From Candidatus Jordarchaeia archaeon (lineage in GTDB: Archaea > Asgardarchaeota > Jordiarchaeia > Jordiarchaeales > Jordiarchaeaceae), in NCBI GenBank assembly GCA_029856435.1, contig JAHQXB010000042.1:1-49361 (forward strand): a DNA stretch of 49,361 bases. The letters run 5' to 3'. The translations under genes and the position numbers were made by a program. Position 1 is the first letter of the stretch; each line of letters starts with the position of its first letter. Shown one piece after another: positions 29,215 to 38,908 of the stretch. The notes below the pieces were generated by a model, which saw only the letters and a list, made by a program, of their open reading frames with translations, was not told the DNA's origin and searched no databases.

Positions 29215-30507
29215 TTGAAAGCAGTTATTCTGGCCGCCGGCGAAGGAACAAGACTGAGACCCCTTACAATTACTCGCCCCAAACATGTGCTCCCAATAGC
29301 AGGAAAGCCACTCCTAGAACACACCCTAGAAGCGTTAAAAAAGGCGGGTATTAGTGAGGTACTTATTGTTGTGGGATACCTTAAAGAAAAAATATTTGAA
29401 ACTCTCGGGGAGGGTGAAAAATTTGGAATTAAGATATCATACGTAGTGCAGCCGGAGGTTTTGGGCACAGCGCACGCAGCAGGCTTGGCAGAAAAATTCT
29501 TAGAAAAAGAACCTTTTATGTTAATTAACGGCGATGTGATAACCAAAGAAACAACATATCAGGAATTGAAAAAAAAGTTCGAAAAGGAAAAGCCGGACGC
29601 TATTGTTGCTGTAACACAGGTTCCTAACCCCTCCAAATATGGAATAGTGCAAATAGAAGGGGATCGGGTAAAAGGAATCATTGAGAAGCCCGTTCAGACA
29701 ACGCCATCAGACAACGTAAATGCGGGCATATACCTGTTTAGCCCTGTGATTTTTGAAGCAATCAAACAAACAGAAAAGTCACAGAGGGGCGAATATGAAA
29801 TAACGGATTCCATCCAAATTCTCATTAACCAGGGGAGAAATGTGCTCGTGTATAAGATAACTACCTATTGGTTCGATATAGGCCACCCTTGGGATCTCCT
29901 AGACGCAAATACAACCCTCATTAAAAACGCGGAGCCCAAAATAGAGGGAGAAATAGAGGATAGGGTGACAATAATTCCGCCTGTATACATTGGTAAAAAC
30001 ACAATTATTAGGTCAGGAACCTATATAAGAGGCCCAGTGCACATTGGTGAGAATTGCGACATCGGACCTAATAGTTATATCAGGGAGTGTACAACTGTGG
30101 GGAACAGGTGCCATGTAGGAAACGCTTGTGAAATTAAAAACACCATTATCTTGGATGGAACTAAAGTGGCGCACCTATCCTATGTTGGGGACAGCATAAT
30201 AGGAGAAAATGTTAACTTGGGTGCAGGAACCATCACGGCAAATCTCAGATTAGATGAAAAGTATATTGTGATACCTGTAAAGGGCGAAAAGGTGGATACA
30301 GGGAGGAGAAAACTGGGGGCAATGATAGGGGACAATGTAAAAACAGGTATAGGAACCACAATAATGCCCGGAGTCAAAATAGGACCCAACAGTCTCATAG
30401 GACCCAACATAAACCTATTCGAAGATGTCCCCGAAAACTCATTGGTCGTTGAAAAACAAGTTTTGGAATTCAAAAAAATTGACCCAGAAAAGACCTCTGG
30501 AGAATAA
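29215..30507 (+). CDS. glmU: Bifunctional sugar-1-phosphate nucleotidylyltransferase/acetyltransferase (GlmU-like)
   Basis: ILAAGEGTRLRPLT..RPK, hexapeptide repeats, HLSYVGDS, NLGAGT. Confidence 0.85.
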   Translation: MKAVILAAGEGTRLRPLTITRPKHVLPIAGKPLLEHTLEALKKAGISEVLIVVGYLKEKIFETLGEGEKFGIKISYVVQPEVLGTAHAAGLAEKFLEKEPFMLINGDVITKETTYQELKKKFEKEKPDAIVAVTQVPNPSKYGIVQIEGDRVKGIIEKPVQTTPSDNVNAGIYLFSPVIFEAIKQTEKSQRGEYEITDSIQILINQGRNVLVYKITTYWFDIGHPWDLLDANTTLIKNAEPKIEGEIEDRVTIIPPVYIGKNTIIRSGTYIRGPVHIGENCDIGPNSYIRECTTVGNRCHVGNACEIKNTIILDGTKVAHLSYVGDSIIGENVNLGAGTITANLRLDEKYIVIPVKGEKVDTGRRKLGAMIGDNVKTGIGTTIMPGVKIGPNSLIGPNINLFEDVPENSLVVEKQVLEFKKIDPEKTSGE

Positions 30508-30707
30508 AACGTTAAAACATCACAAATGCGAAAAGCGGGAAGGGGAGGTATATAATAAATGGTTTTTAGATATACGAAAAATTTCAAAAGCTTGGGACAA
30601 TTTCTGTAGTTAGCGAAGAGTCAATAGAATCAAAAATTGAAGTTGATCACAAATAATTTGAGGGCTTTTACAAGTTTTTAGTGGCTTAAAGAGGGCTAGG
30701 TGTTTAC

Positions 30708-32339
30708 TTGAGGAGAGACATTCCAGAAATTAATGCTATTAGAAAAGATTTAAGAAAGGTAGACATTAGATTTGCTCTAGCCTTTCCTAGTGGGTACCAG
30801 GTTGCAATGTCTTGTTATGGTTTTCATGTTCTTTATGCTATGTTAAATGCTCGCTCAGATGTTGCTTGTGAAAGAGTGATTAATTCAGGAAACCAATCAC
30901 CCTATTCACTTGAGTCAAGGCAACAACTAAGAGATTTTGATGTTGTGGGTTTTTCGCTTCAATTTGAGACGGATTACACAGATGTTTTGAGGATGATTTC
31001 AAATGCAGGCATCCCCCTCCGCTCTATTGATCGTAAAGCTAATCATCCGTTAATAGTTGCCGGTGGCCCTTGTGTTTCTGAAAACCCCGAACCTCTATCG
31101 GAATATATTGATCTTTTTGTGGTGGGCGATGCTGAACCAGTGCTTGACGATTTACTGGATACTTATCTTGAGGGAAATCTTTCCAGACAAAATCTTGAAA
31201 CACTCGCTGAGCTACCGGGCATTTATGCGCCCCGATATTCTGAGGAGCCTGTAAAAAGGGTTTGGTGCAAGAGTCTCGAGGAGGCCTATAGGCCTACAAT
31301 GCAAGTTATTCCCCAAGTGGAGGAGGACAGCCCTTTTATGCCGGTCTTTGGCAAGTCCCTTCTATTAGAAATTTCTAGGGGCTGTGAGTGGGGGTGTAGA
31401 TTTTGCTTGATAGGCTTTACAGGTAGACCTATGCGAAACCTCAGTATGAAAACTGCGCTTTCAGCCATAGAGGAGGGAGTTGAACGTTCAGGAGTTAAGA
31501 AAGTCACACTTATAGCTCCCTCCCTTTCGGGATACAGGGATTTGGTTGACCTTTGTTGGAGTATTGTCAATAGTGGTTTAGAGATTTCAGTATCAAGTCT
31601 TCGTGTAGATTGTATTTCTGATGAGTTGTTGGAGGCACTAGCTAAGGGAGGCCAGAGAACTGCAACATTAGCCCCAGAGGCGGGAACCGATAGGTTAAGG
31701 ACTGTATTAAACAAAGGTTTCAGTGATGACGAGATTTTTTCTGCGGCGGAGGCAATCCAACAGAAACTTCAAAACCTTAAGATGTATTTCATCCTAGGTT
31801 TACCGACAGAAACATCTGCTGATTTGGAAGGCATTGTGGATTTGGCTAGCCGCATTGGGTCTCTGGGATTCCCCTCCCGGGGGGTTAGATTAAGCATTAA
31901 TCCCTTCGTGCCCAAGCCCCATACACCCTTCATGTGGGAGGCCCAACCTTCAATAGAATACATTCGGAAGGCCACAAATCTTATTTCTTCAAAGTTAAAG
32001 GGAAATCCGAGAGTCAGTATGGAGGGATTTGATCCTAGATGGGGAGCTATAGAAGCGCTTCTTTCCCTTGGCGGCGCCGATGTTGGGAAAGTTATAGAGT
32101 TGTCTTCGCTTTATGGGGGGAGTTTGGGGGCATGGAGGCGAGCTCTAAACGAGACCAGAATTTCCCTTAAGGATATTATTAATCGTGAGAGGGATCCTGA
32201 GGCATTCTATCCTTGGGATAAAGTGGATGTGGGAGTTTCTAAGACTTTTCTTTTAAAAGAAAGGGAAAATGCTTACAGAGAAATAATGACTCCGAATTGC
32301 AGTATCAAATGTTCCAAATGTGGATTGAACTGTACCTAG
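30708..32339 (+). CDS. B12-binding-domain radical SAM protein
   Basis: EISRGCEWGCRFC (CxxxCxxC), AGGPC..ENPEP, APEAGT.RLR, FVPKPHTPF. Confidence 0.88.
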   Translation: MRRDIPEINAIRKDLRKVDIRFALAFPSGYQVAMSCYGFHVLYAMLNARSDVACERVINSGNQSPYSLESRQQLRDFDVVGFSLQFETDYTDVLRMISNAGIPLRSIDRKANHPLIVAGGPCVSENPEPLSEYIDLFVVGDAEPVLDDLLDTYLEGNLSRQNLETLAELPGIYAPRYSEEPVKRVWCKSLEEAYRPTMQVIPQVEEDSPFMPVFGKSLLLEISRGCEWGCRFCLIGFTGRPMRNLSMKTALSAIEEGVERSGVKKVTLIAPSLSGYRDLVDLCWSIVNSGLEISVSSLRVDCISDELLEALAKGGQRTATLAPEAGTDRLRTVLNKGFSDDEIFSAAEAIQQKLQNLKMYFILGLPTETSADLEGIVDLASRIGSLGFPSRGVRLSINPFVPKPHTPFMWEAQPSIEYIRKATNLISSKLKGNPRVSMEGFDPRWGAIEALLSLGGADVGKVIELSSLYGGSLGAWRRALNETRISLKDIINRERDPEAFYPWDKVDVGVSKTFLLKERENAYREIMTPNCSIKCSKCGLNCT

Positions 32340-32392
32340 TGGTACAAAACATTTTTTATAGGGATAAATGGAAATTTGATTGGGTAACCAGA

Positions 32393-32698
32393 ATGGAAAT
32401 TGACAAGAAAAAATTCCGTGAGGAATACCCCCATCTGTACGAGGAACTAGAGTCCGGTGAAGCAAAAACACCCATACAAGGAATAAGAAGTATGGATGCT
32501 GACGACGTAGATGTGATACGATTGATAAGAAGGTGCGACAATGAAGAACAGGCTCTTGAAATAATAAGTTATATGCTAAAAAGAGGGGAGCTTTCTCAAG
32601 AATACGCGGACACATTAGTAAAGCAACTTAAAGAAAAGGGATTAAGGTCATTTGGAAGCAAGGTAACTTGGGGTTATTTCGAAAGGGAATATAGGTAA
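32393..32698 (+). CDS. DUF2095-like small archaeal protein
   Basis: F.E.YPHLYEEL...DVIRLIRRC..EEQALEII.YM.KRGE...G.RSFG.K...GY. Confidence 0.7.
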   Translation: MEIDKKKFREEYPHLYEELESGEAKTPIQGIRSMDADDVDVIRLIRRCDNEEQALEIISYMLKRGELSQEYADTLVKQLKEKGLRSFGSKVTWGYFEREYR

Positions 32699-32917
32699 AG
32701 GCAAATAAAGGAATGGAAAGGAAAGAATCCTTATACATAGTTGGCTATACCATTCAGCATTTCTAAGACCTAATTTTTGGTAAGCTTCGTTAAAATTTAT
32801 ATGAACTCAAATTTAAGGAGCATGTGGGCACCGTAGCCTTTTTAGATTCGTGTTACCTTTTGATGGCACGATAAAGTTATTTAGGTAGTAGAACCAATTT
32901 GCTTCAAGGTGTGGAAG

Positions 32918-34120
32918 ATGTTGGTGGGAATAGTAGGCAAGCCTAATTCTGGTAAAACAACTTTTCTTAACGCCGCTTGCCTAACAGAGTATAAAGTCGC
33001 AGATTATCCGTTCACAACGATTAATGCTCAACAGGGCACAGGCTATGTTAGAATAAATTGTGTATGTAAGGAACTCGGAGTTAAGGATAACCCCAAAAAC
33101 TCTATATGCATGGATGGCGTGCGCTACATTCCAATAAATCTCCTTGATGTTGCGGGACTGGTGCCTGACGCTTGGCAGGGACGTGGATTAGGAAACCAGT
33201 TTTTAGATGACCTTCGTAGGGCTGACGCTTTAATTCATGTGGTTGACGCCTCAGGATCCACGGATCTCGAAGGAAAACCAGTTGAGCCGGGGAAGGGAGA
33301 TCCCGTAAAGGACGTAGAATTTTTGGAGAGGGAAATTGCAATGTGGTTTAAGCAGATTATAATGCGTGAATGGCCAAAAACAATTAGGGAGGTGGAGGTA
33401 GCTAAGGGGAAGCTTGAGGATCTCTTGATAGATAGGTTGTCTGGGTTGGCAATAAAGAAAGCACACATTAAAAAAGCTCTACAGGATTCAAAATTGGCTT
33501 CAGATAAACCCAAGTCCTGGAGCGAAGATGATTTGTATAATTTTGCTAGAAGTCTGCAAAAAGTTTCAAAACCAATGCTAATCTGTGCTAACAAAATCGA
33601 CCGAAAAACTTCAGCGCCAAACTTGGAAAAACTTAAGCAAAAGGGAGTCGTGGTACCGGCCAGTGCGCTTGCCGAATTTATGCTCAGAAAACTGGCCGAA
33701 GAAGGCGCAATTGAGTACAAAGCCGGTGACTCTCAATTCAAAATCTTGAAACCTGAAAAAATACCAGAGAGACAGAAACCCGTTTTGGAAAAAATACGCG
33801 AAGAAATATTGGGGAAATATGGCTCCACGGGAGTACAGGAAGCTCTTAACCAAACAGTTTTCGGAGTCCTCAACATGATTGCAGTCTATCCAGTAGAAGA
33901 CGCAAACAAGTATTGTGATCATAATGGAAACGTTCTTCCAGACGTCTACCTAGTACCAAAAGGCACGACAGCGAGAGAGCTGGCATACACAATACACACA
34001 GATCTTGGGGAAACCTTCATACATGCAATTGATGCTAGGACAAAGCAAAGACTCGCCGAAAACGCAGAACTAAAAGACAGAGACATAATAAAAATAGTGG
34101 CGGCAAAGGGACTAAAATAG
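32918..34120 (+). CDS. ychF: YchF/Ola1-family ATPase (Obg family) with TGS domain
   Basis: GKPNSGKTT, YPFTTI, DVAGLV, GLGNQFLDDLR, ANKID, LAY.IHTDL. Confidence 0.93.
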   Translation: MLVGIVGKPNSGKTTFLNAACLTEYKVADYPFTTINAQQGTGYVRINCVCKELGVKDNPKNSICMDGVRYIPINLLDVAGLVPDAWQGRGLGNQFLDDLRRADALIHVVDASGSTDLEGKPVEPGKGDPVKDVEFLEREIAMWFKQIIMREWPKTIREVEVAKGKLEDLLIDRLSGLAIKKAHIKKALQDSKLASDKPKSWSEDDLYNFARSLQKVSKPMLICANKIDRKTSAPNLEKLKQKGVVVPASALAEFMLRKLAEEGAIEYKAGDSQFKILKPEKIPERQKPVLEKIREEILGKYGSTGVQEALNQTVFGVLNMIAVYPVEDANKYCDHNGNVLPDVYLVPKGTTARELAYTIHTDLGETFIHAIDARTKQRLAENAELKDRDIIKIVAAKGLK

Positions 34121-34159
34121 TATGCAACATGCTAAAGTATCTTGTTAAGCAAATAAAAA

Positions 34160-34339
34160 ATGAAGAGGGATATACTTATGACTCCTAAGAAAAAATGTTC
34201 GGAGTGTAATGGAACTGGAAAAGTATTGTGTAGAACTTGTGGTGGACGCGGTGTAACTGATCCCTACACAAAAATCATATGCAAAACTTGCTGGGGCACC
34301 GGAAAAATTGTATGCCCTGTTTGCAAGGGGGAAGGTTAA
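34160..34339 (+). CDS. Stand-alone DnaJ-type cysteine-rich zinc finger (59 aa; not in the ORF track)
   Basis: MKRDILMTPKKKCSECNGTGKVLCRTCGGRGVTDPYTKIICKTCWGTGKIVCPVCKGEG: four CxxCxGxG repeats. Alternative start at 34178. Confidence 0.85.
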   Translation: MKRDILMTPKKKCSECNGTGKVLCRTCGGRGVTDPYTKIICKTCWGTGKIVCPVCKGEG

Positions 34340-34486
34340 AATCAGCCCAAAAAAGGGGCGCAACGAAAATTAGGCATATTTGCTTCTGAAAAGTTTTTTC
34401 CATAAAGATGCAGTTAATAAGCCCATAGAGATCCTAGTTTTTAATATAAAAAGGTTTACAAAAAGTTTTAATTCTAAAGTGAATCC

Positions 34487-35899
34487 ATGGCTAAACGAAT
34501 AAAGAAAAAGGGTCGAATGAAAATGACTAAGATAGTTGTTATTGGTGCGGGAGCCGCTGGTACGACAGCTGCACTTTGGGCTAAAAAAACGGATAGAAAG
34601 TGTGAGGTTGTTCTAATAAATCGTGAACCTTATCCAGAATATTCTAGATGTGGCTTGCCTTACACCATTTCAAAAATTATACCCGACTTCTCTAACTTGA
34701 TAGAGCATGAACCAGCATGGTATGAAAGTTTTGTAAAAATAGATCTTAGACTGGAAACAGAAGTAATCGATGTTGATTCAAAAGCCAAGACAGTGAAAAT
34801 AAAAAATCTAAAAACCGGCCAAGAGGAAACTATAAGATACGACAAACTAATCATAGCTACTGGCTCCCACCCTGTAGCACCTCCCATAGAAGGCATCAAG
34901 GAAAAGAAGGGAGTTTATTTCCTCAGAACACTAAAGGATGCGATGGATCTAGAGGCTGCAGCGCAAAAAGCAAAAAATGCAGTTGTAATAGGGGCAGGGC
35001 TTATTGGTGTCGAAGCCGCAGAAAATCTCGTGGAAAAAGGGCTGAAAGTGGCTATCGTTGAATTCTTACCTAGTCTCCTGCCACTAATGATTGATCCGGA
35101 TATGGCGGAGTTGGTAGAAGAGGAAATGAAGAAACATGGAATAGAAGTATACACTAATACAGCGGCGAAAGCGGTAATAGGCAGAGAAAAAGTGGAAAAA
35201 GTGCTTGTTGAATGCCGGGAAACCAAAGAAACCAAAGAGTTACCAGCAGATCTTGTACTAATAGGCGCTGGCGTTAGGCCCTATACGGAGATAGCCCAAA
35301 AGGCAGGAGTACAACTGGGCACCACTAAATACATTAAAGTGAATGAGAGGTGCGAAACAAACATTCCAGACGTCTATAGTGCAGGCGATTGTACAGAATA
35401 CCCCGACTTTGTAACAGGAGAACCCACACCTCAAGGAATGGGCACAATCGCTGTAAGGATGGGCAAGGTTTGCGGTATTAACGCTGCGGGCGGCGAAGCC
35501 AAGATGCCTAAGGGTGTACTTTTGACAAGGATTACAAAGATTTTTGACCTTCAGGTTGCTGCTGTTGGCCCCACATTAGCGCAACTAGAAAGGGCGGGAA
35601 TCAAACCAGTTATTGGTAAGATTACTGGTTCTTCCAAGCCTGGATATTTCCCCGGCGGTAAGTTGATAAGAATAAAAATTTTCTCTGATGAAAACGGCAG
35701 GATCCTTGGAGCTCAAATTGTGGGTTATGAGGATGTGCACCAAAAAATTAACGTAATTGCTGCTGCCATGCAATCGGGAATGACGGTATATGACCTTGAA
35801 TGGCTAGAGACATGTTACGCGCCGGCAAGCTGCCCGACTTGGGATGTTCTAACTCTTGTAGCAGAACCCGTAATTAAGAAGATTGAAAAGAAAAAGTAA
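34487..35899 (+). CDS. FAD-dependent pyridine nucleotide-disulfide oxidoreductase (CoA-disulfide reductase/NADH oxidase family)
   Basis: IGAGAAG, SRCGLPY redox Cys, GAGLIGVE, YSAGDC, ETCYAP. Confidence 0.88.
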   Translation: MAKRIKKKGRMKMTKIVVIGAGAAGTTAALWAKKTDRKCEVVLINREPYPEYSRCGLPYTISKIIPDFSNLIEHEPAWYESFVKIDLRLETEVIDVDSKAKTVKIKNLKTGQEETIRYDKLIIATGSHPVAPPIEGIKEKKGVYFLRTLKDAMDLEAAAQKAKNAVVIGAGLIGVEAAENLVEKGLKVAIVEFLPSLLPLMIDPDMAELVEEEMKKHGIEVYTNTAAKAVIGREKVEKVLVECRETKETKELPADLVLIGAGVRPYTEIAQKAGVQLGTTKYIKVNERCETNIPDVYSAGDCTEYPDFVTGEPTPQGMGTIAVRMGKVCGINAAGGEAKMPKGVLLTRITKIFDLQVAAVGPTLAQLERAGIKPVIGKITGSSKPGYFPGGKLIRIKIFSDENGRILGAQIVGYEDVHQKINVIAAAMQSGMTVYDLEWLETCYAPASCPTWDVLTLVAEPVIKKIEKKK

Positions 35900-35910
35900 C
35901 TAGCTCCCCA

Positions 35911-35944
35911 TTTTTTCTTTATTACCATTTTTATTTTTCTTTTT
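35911..35944 (+). terminator. T-rich archaeal terminator-like tract
   Basis: Successive T-runs directly after the oxidoreductase stop codon. Confidence 0.4.
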
Positions 35945-35955
35945 CAAAAAAGGCT

Positions 35956-35976
35956 ACTTTTTGGATAAACTTTAAA
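35956..35976 (+). promoter_or_regulatory. BRE/TATA promoter of rps30e
   Basis: ACTTTTTGGATAAACTTTAAA about 50 nt before the ATG; GGAGG RBS between them. Confidence 0.6.
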
Positions 35977-36026
35977 TGTGTATGTTTCTACACTTCACTA
36001 GGTAATAATAAAGGAGGATTTCAAGA

Positions 36027-36224
36027 ATGCCAGGTTCTCATGGTAGTCTAACAAAAGCGGGAAAGGTGCGTAGCCAGACCCCCAAGGTTGAAGCTAAAGA
36101 GAGAAGGATGCCTATTCCCAGAATCAGAAATCGTCGGAATTATGTTAAAAGAATAATTAATGAAAAACTTCCTGGACAAGCGGGTAGCCTACTGGTTAGA
36201 AGAAGAGGGGTAGGCCAAGTATAA
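36027..36224 (+). CDS. rps30e: 30S ribosomal protein S30e
   Basis: [21 protein letters not shown]...[11 protein letters not shown]. Confidence 0.96.
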   Translation: MPGSHGSLTKAGKVRSQTPKVEAKERRMPIPRIRNRRNYVKRIINEKLPGQAGSLLVRRRGVGQV

Positions 36225-36559
36225 GGGAAATTAAAATCAATTCCCCGTTAAAATTGAAGGAGCTCCATGCTTCAAAGTGTTTTAAACTATTTTTCTGAAC
36301 TACATATAAATACCAAATCAATGTCTGGGCTAGGGTTTAAGAGGAATATATGTTCAGGTTTTTCTTTTAGGAGTTTTTTGTGATACGTGTTTAGTGCTAT
36401 TAGTCTGTAAGGACGATGCCTACCAATCTTTGATGGGCGAAGGAGACCACAATATTTAATGATTAAAAGTAATATTTTTCTAAAAAAATATGAGAAAAGG
36501 ATATAAATATTAATGTTTAAATTGTTCAGTCTACAAAAGCATTGTGCGATGTGAAGTTT

Positions 36560-37453
36560 ATGTTACTGACAACAGTAATCGGATCATTTCCTAGAATAGA
36601 TATGGATTTTCGGGACAATATCATTCTTGCAGTGGAGTCTCAAGTTAAGGCAGGTATAAATCTTGTTAGTGATGGACAAACTCGCGCTGATATGATTACC
36701 TATTTCGCTGAGCACGCAAAGTGTTTCGAGAAGAGGGGAGACAAATGGTACATAACGGGTAGAATAGAGCATGACGGAAAGAGCATAGCGGCTGAAGACC
36801 TCACTTGGGTAAAAAAGTATCTTAAAGAAAAATACGGTGAAAAAGCGCCCCAGCTTAAGGGAATAGTAACCGGGCCAGTTACAATGATTATGAGTGGGCT
36901 GCTCAAAACAAAAGAGTATAAGGGATACAGAGACCCCGAATTGTACAGAGACATGGGAAAATTTGTAAATACCGAGGCACATCTGCAACTGGAAGCTGGT
37001 GTTGACGCAATACAGATAGACGAACCCTACTACAGTGTTGGTGCACCCATGGATTTGGCCAAGGAAGCCATAAAAATAGCGAGGAAGGACATAAAGGAAC
37101 CAGTTTACCTCCATGTCTGTGGAAACGTTACTAAAGTGTTTGATACTCTACTTGACTTTCCAGTGGATGTTTTGAGCCACGCTTTTGCGGGTAATCCAGA
37201 AAATTTCGCAGTTATCTCGAAGGACAAACTGGTGAAGGCAAAAAAGAAGTTAGGTGTGGGATGCGTACGTTCTGATACCCCTGAATTAGAGAATGTACAA
37301 AGCATAGTGGGAGTGTTAAGAAAAGCTATTGATCTTGTGGGAGAAGAAAACATCATTGTGCATCCTGACTGTGGCTTAAGAGGGTTAAAGGATGACAAGG
37401 TAGCAACAGAAAAACTGGTGCGTATGGTTCAGGCAACTAGAGAAATAAGATAG
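36560..37453 (+). CDS. Core-type (C-terminal-domain-only) cobalamin-independent methionine synthase (MetE-core/MesA-like)
   Basis: TTVIGSFP, SDGQ.R, KGIVTGPVT, IQIDEP, LHVCG, PDCGL; about 300 aa with no N-terminal folate-binding half. Confidence 0.8.
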   Translation: MLLTTVIGSFPRIDMDFRDNIILAVESQVKAGINLVSDGQTRADMITYFAEHAKCFEKRGDKWYITGRIEHDGKSIAAEDLTWVKKYLKEKYGEKAPQLKGIVTGPVTMIMSGLLKTKEYKGYRDPELYRDMGKFVNTEAHLQLEAGVDAIQIDEPYYSVGAPMDLAKEAIKIARKDIKEPVYLHVCGNVTKVFDTLLDFPVDVLSHAFAGNPENFAVISKDKLVKAKKKLGVGCVRSDTPELENVQSIVGVLRKAIDLVGEENIIVHPDCGLRGLKDDKVATEKLVRMVQATREIR

Positions 37454-37467
37454 TATTTTTGGATCGT

Positions 37468-38907
37468 TTATTTCTGGGGCTTCCACTTTTCAACCATTTT
37501 ATCCAATTCTTTTTCTATGTCGGGAGGCAGAGACTCTGGCTGATGTTGGGACAGGATTCTTTGTACTTCTTCTCTGGCTTTTTGATAGGTGTTTTTGGAT
37601 CCCCTTTCTTGCCACAGAGAAGTTGTTAACCGATCGATAAGGGTTGAGGGTAGGAATTGCTCAGCTCTAAACCATTTAAGAGTGTGTCTTGAATTCAGGA
37701 AATGGCCTCCGGGTCCCATATCTTTGATTAGTTTCTCAGCAAGTGTCTCCTCAGAAATCTGAATCCCACGAATCAATCTCAATGCCATTCCACAGATCTC
37801 GTTGTCAATCACAAGTTTTTCTAGACTCTGACAACTCTCAAAATCCAGCATGCCAGGCCCTGAAATCATATTAATTCCAGTTAGGGCTCCCAAAACTATT
37901 CCGAGTGCTGATTCAAATCCTGACTGCGAATCTATGGTTTTTGAGTCGCTTAGACCCAAATAGGCGTGGGTGGGCAGACCAAGATACTTGCCAATCTGTG
38001 CATAAGCACAGTCAATCATAATGGTTTCTATTGCGCCCATAGGCGTTGTGCCCTGACGCATATCGAAAATTGCTGGGGATCCGCCGTAGATGCAGGGAGC
38101 TCCGGGATTTGCAAGCTGAGCAATTACTATTCCGCTAAGAGTTTCCGCTGTGTGTTGAACAATAGCGCCTGCAAGGGTGGCGGGGGCGGTTGCGCCAGCC
38201 AGAGGCATAGAAACGATTTCTACGGGAATTCCATATCTGGCGCAATCGATTAGGTTCTGTGAGGTTATATCGCTCCATTCCAGAGGGGGTGTGGGGCAGA
38301 CATCAAAGACGGCCATAGGTTTTTCTCCCACGTTACCCTTGCCCCTAACTATTTCTAGTAATTTTTTCATTTCGTGGACTCCGTCTTTTGTGAAGGCCCC
38401 CGTGATTACCGGTTTGGGGGAGTTTTTCAAAACTAGGTAAAGGCGGTACCTATCCACGAATCTTTCTGGAACATCGGTTATGACTAATGCAGTGCTCTGG
38501 GCGTGAATAAATTCAAGAAAGTCTGCGAGGCGTACAAGTTTTTCAAGGTCACTGGATACTGGTTTTCGGATAACTCCATTGTCAAGAATGTGTATTGCCG
38601 CAGAACCCGGGTCAAAGTGAACGTTATTATCCTTCAAAAGGAGGGTGTGTTTTCCGTCACGGCTATACAGTTTAACTTCTTTGGGCACAGATTTCACACA
38701 TTTTTTTACAAGATCTTCGGAAAGCTTGGCTCTCTTCTTTTCTAAATCAACCATCACTCCGTTCTGTTTTAAAATGTTGAGAGCTTCACTGTTATCGATT
38801 TCAACCCCCGGGTCTTCCAATATTCTTAGAGCAGAGGAGACAATCTCCTTTATACTCTCCTCTTGTAATAAACTTATGGTGGGACGCTTAGCGGGGTTTT
38901 CCTCCAT
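37468..38907 (-). CDS. mttB: Trimethylamine-methyltransferase superfamily protein, non-pyrrolysine (MttB/MtgB-like)
   Basis: PMPLAGATAP.TLAG..VQ..AE.LSG, NPGAP.IYG, DM..G..P.G..E, EKLVIDNEI, GPGGHFL. No in-frame amber; Leu precedes SDSK where Pyl precedes SDAK in methanogen MttB. Confidence 0.9.
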   Translation of the reverse strand: MEENPAKRPTISLLQEESIKEIVSSALRILEDPGVEIDNSEALNILKQNGVMVDLEKKRAKLSEDLVKKCVKSVPKEVKLYSRDGKHTLLLKDNNVHFDPGSAAIHILDNGVIRKPVSSDLEKLVRLADFLEFIHAQSTALVITDVPERFVDRYRLYLVLKNSPKPVITGAFTKDGVHEMKKLLEIVRGKGNVGEKPMAVFDVCPTPPLEWSDITSQNLIDCARYGIPVEIVSMPLAGATAPATLAGAIVQHTAETLSGIVIAQLANPGAPCIYGGSPAIFDMRQGTTPMGAIETIMIDCAYAQIGKYLGLPTHAYLGLSDSKTIDSQSGFESALGIVLGALTGINMISGPGMLDFESCQSLEKLVIDNEICGMALRLIRGIQISEETLAEKLIKDMGPGGHFLNSRHTLKWFRAEQFLPSTLIDRLTTSLWQERGSKNTYQKAREEVQRILSQHQPESLPPDIEKELDKMVEKWKPQK

Positions 38908-38908
38908 T

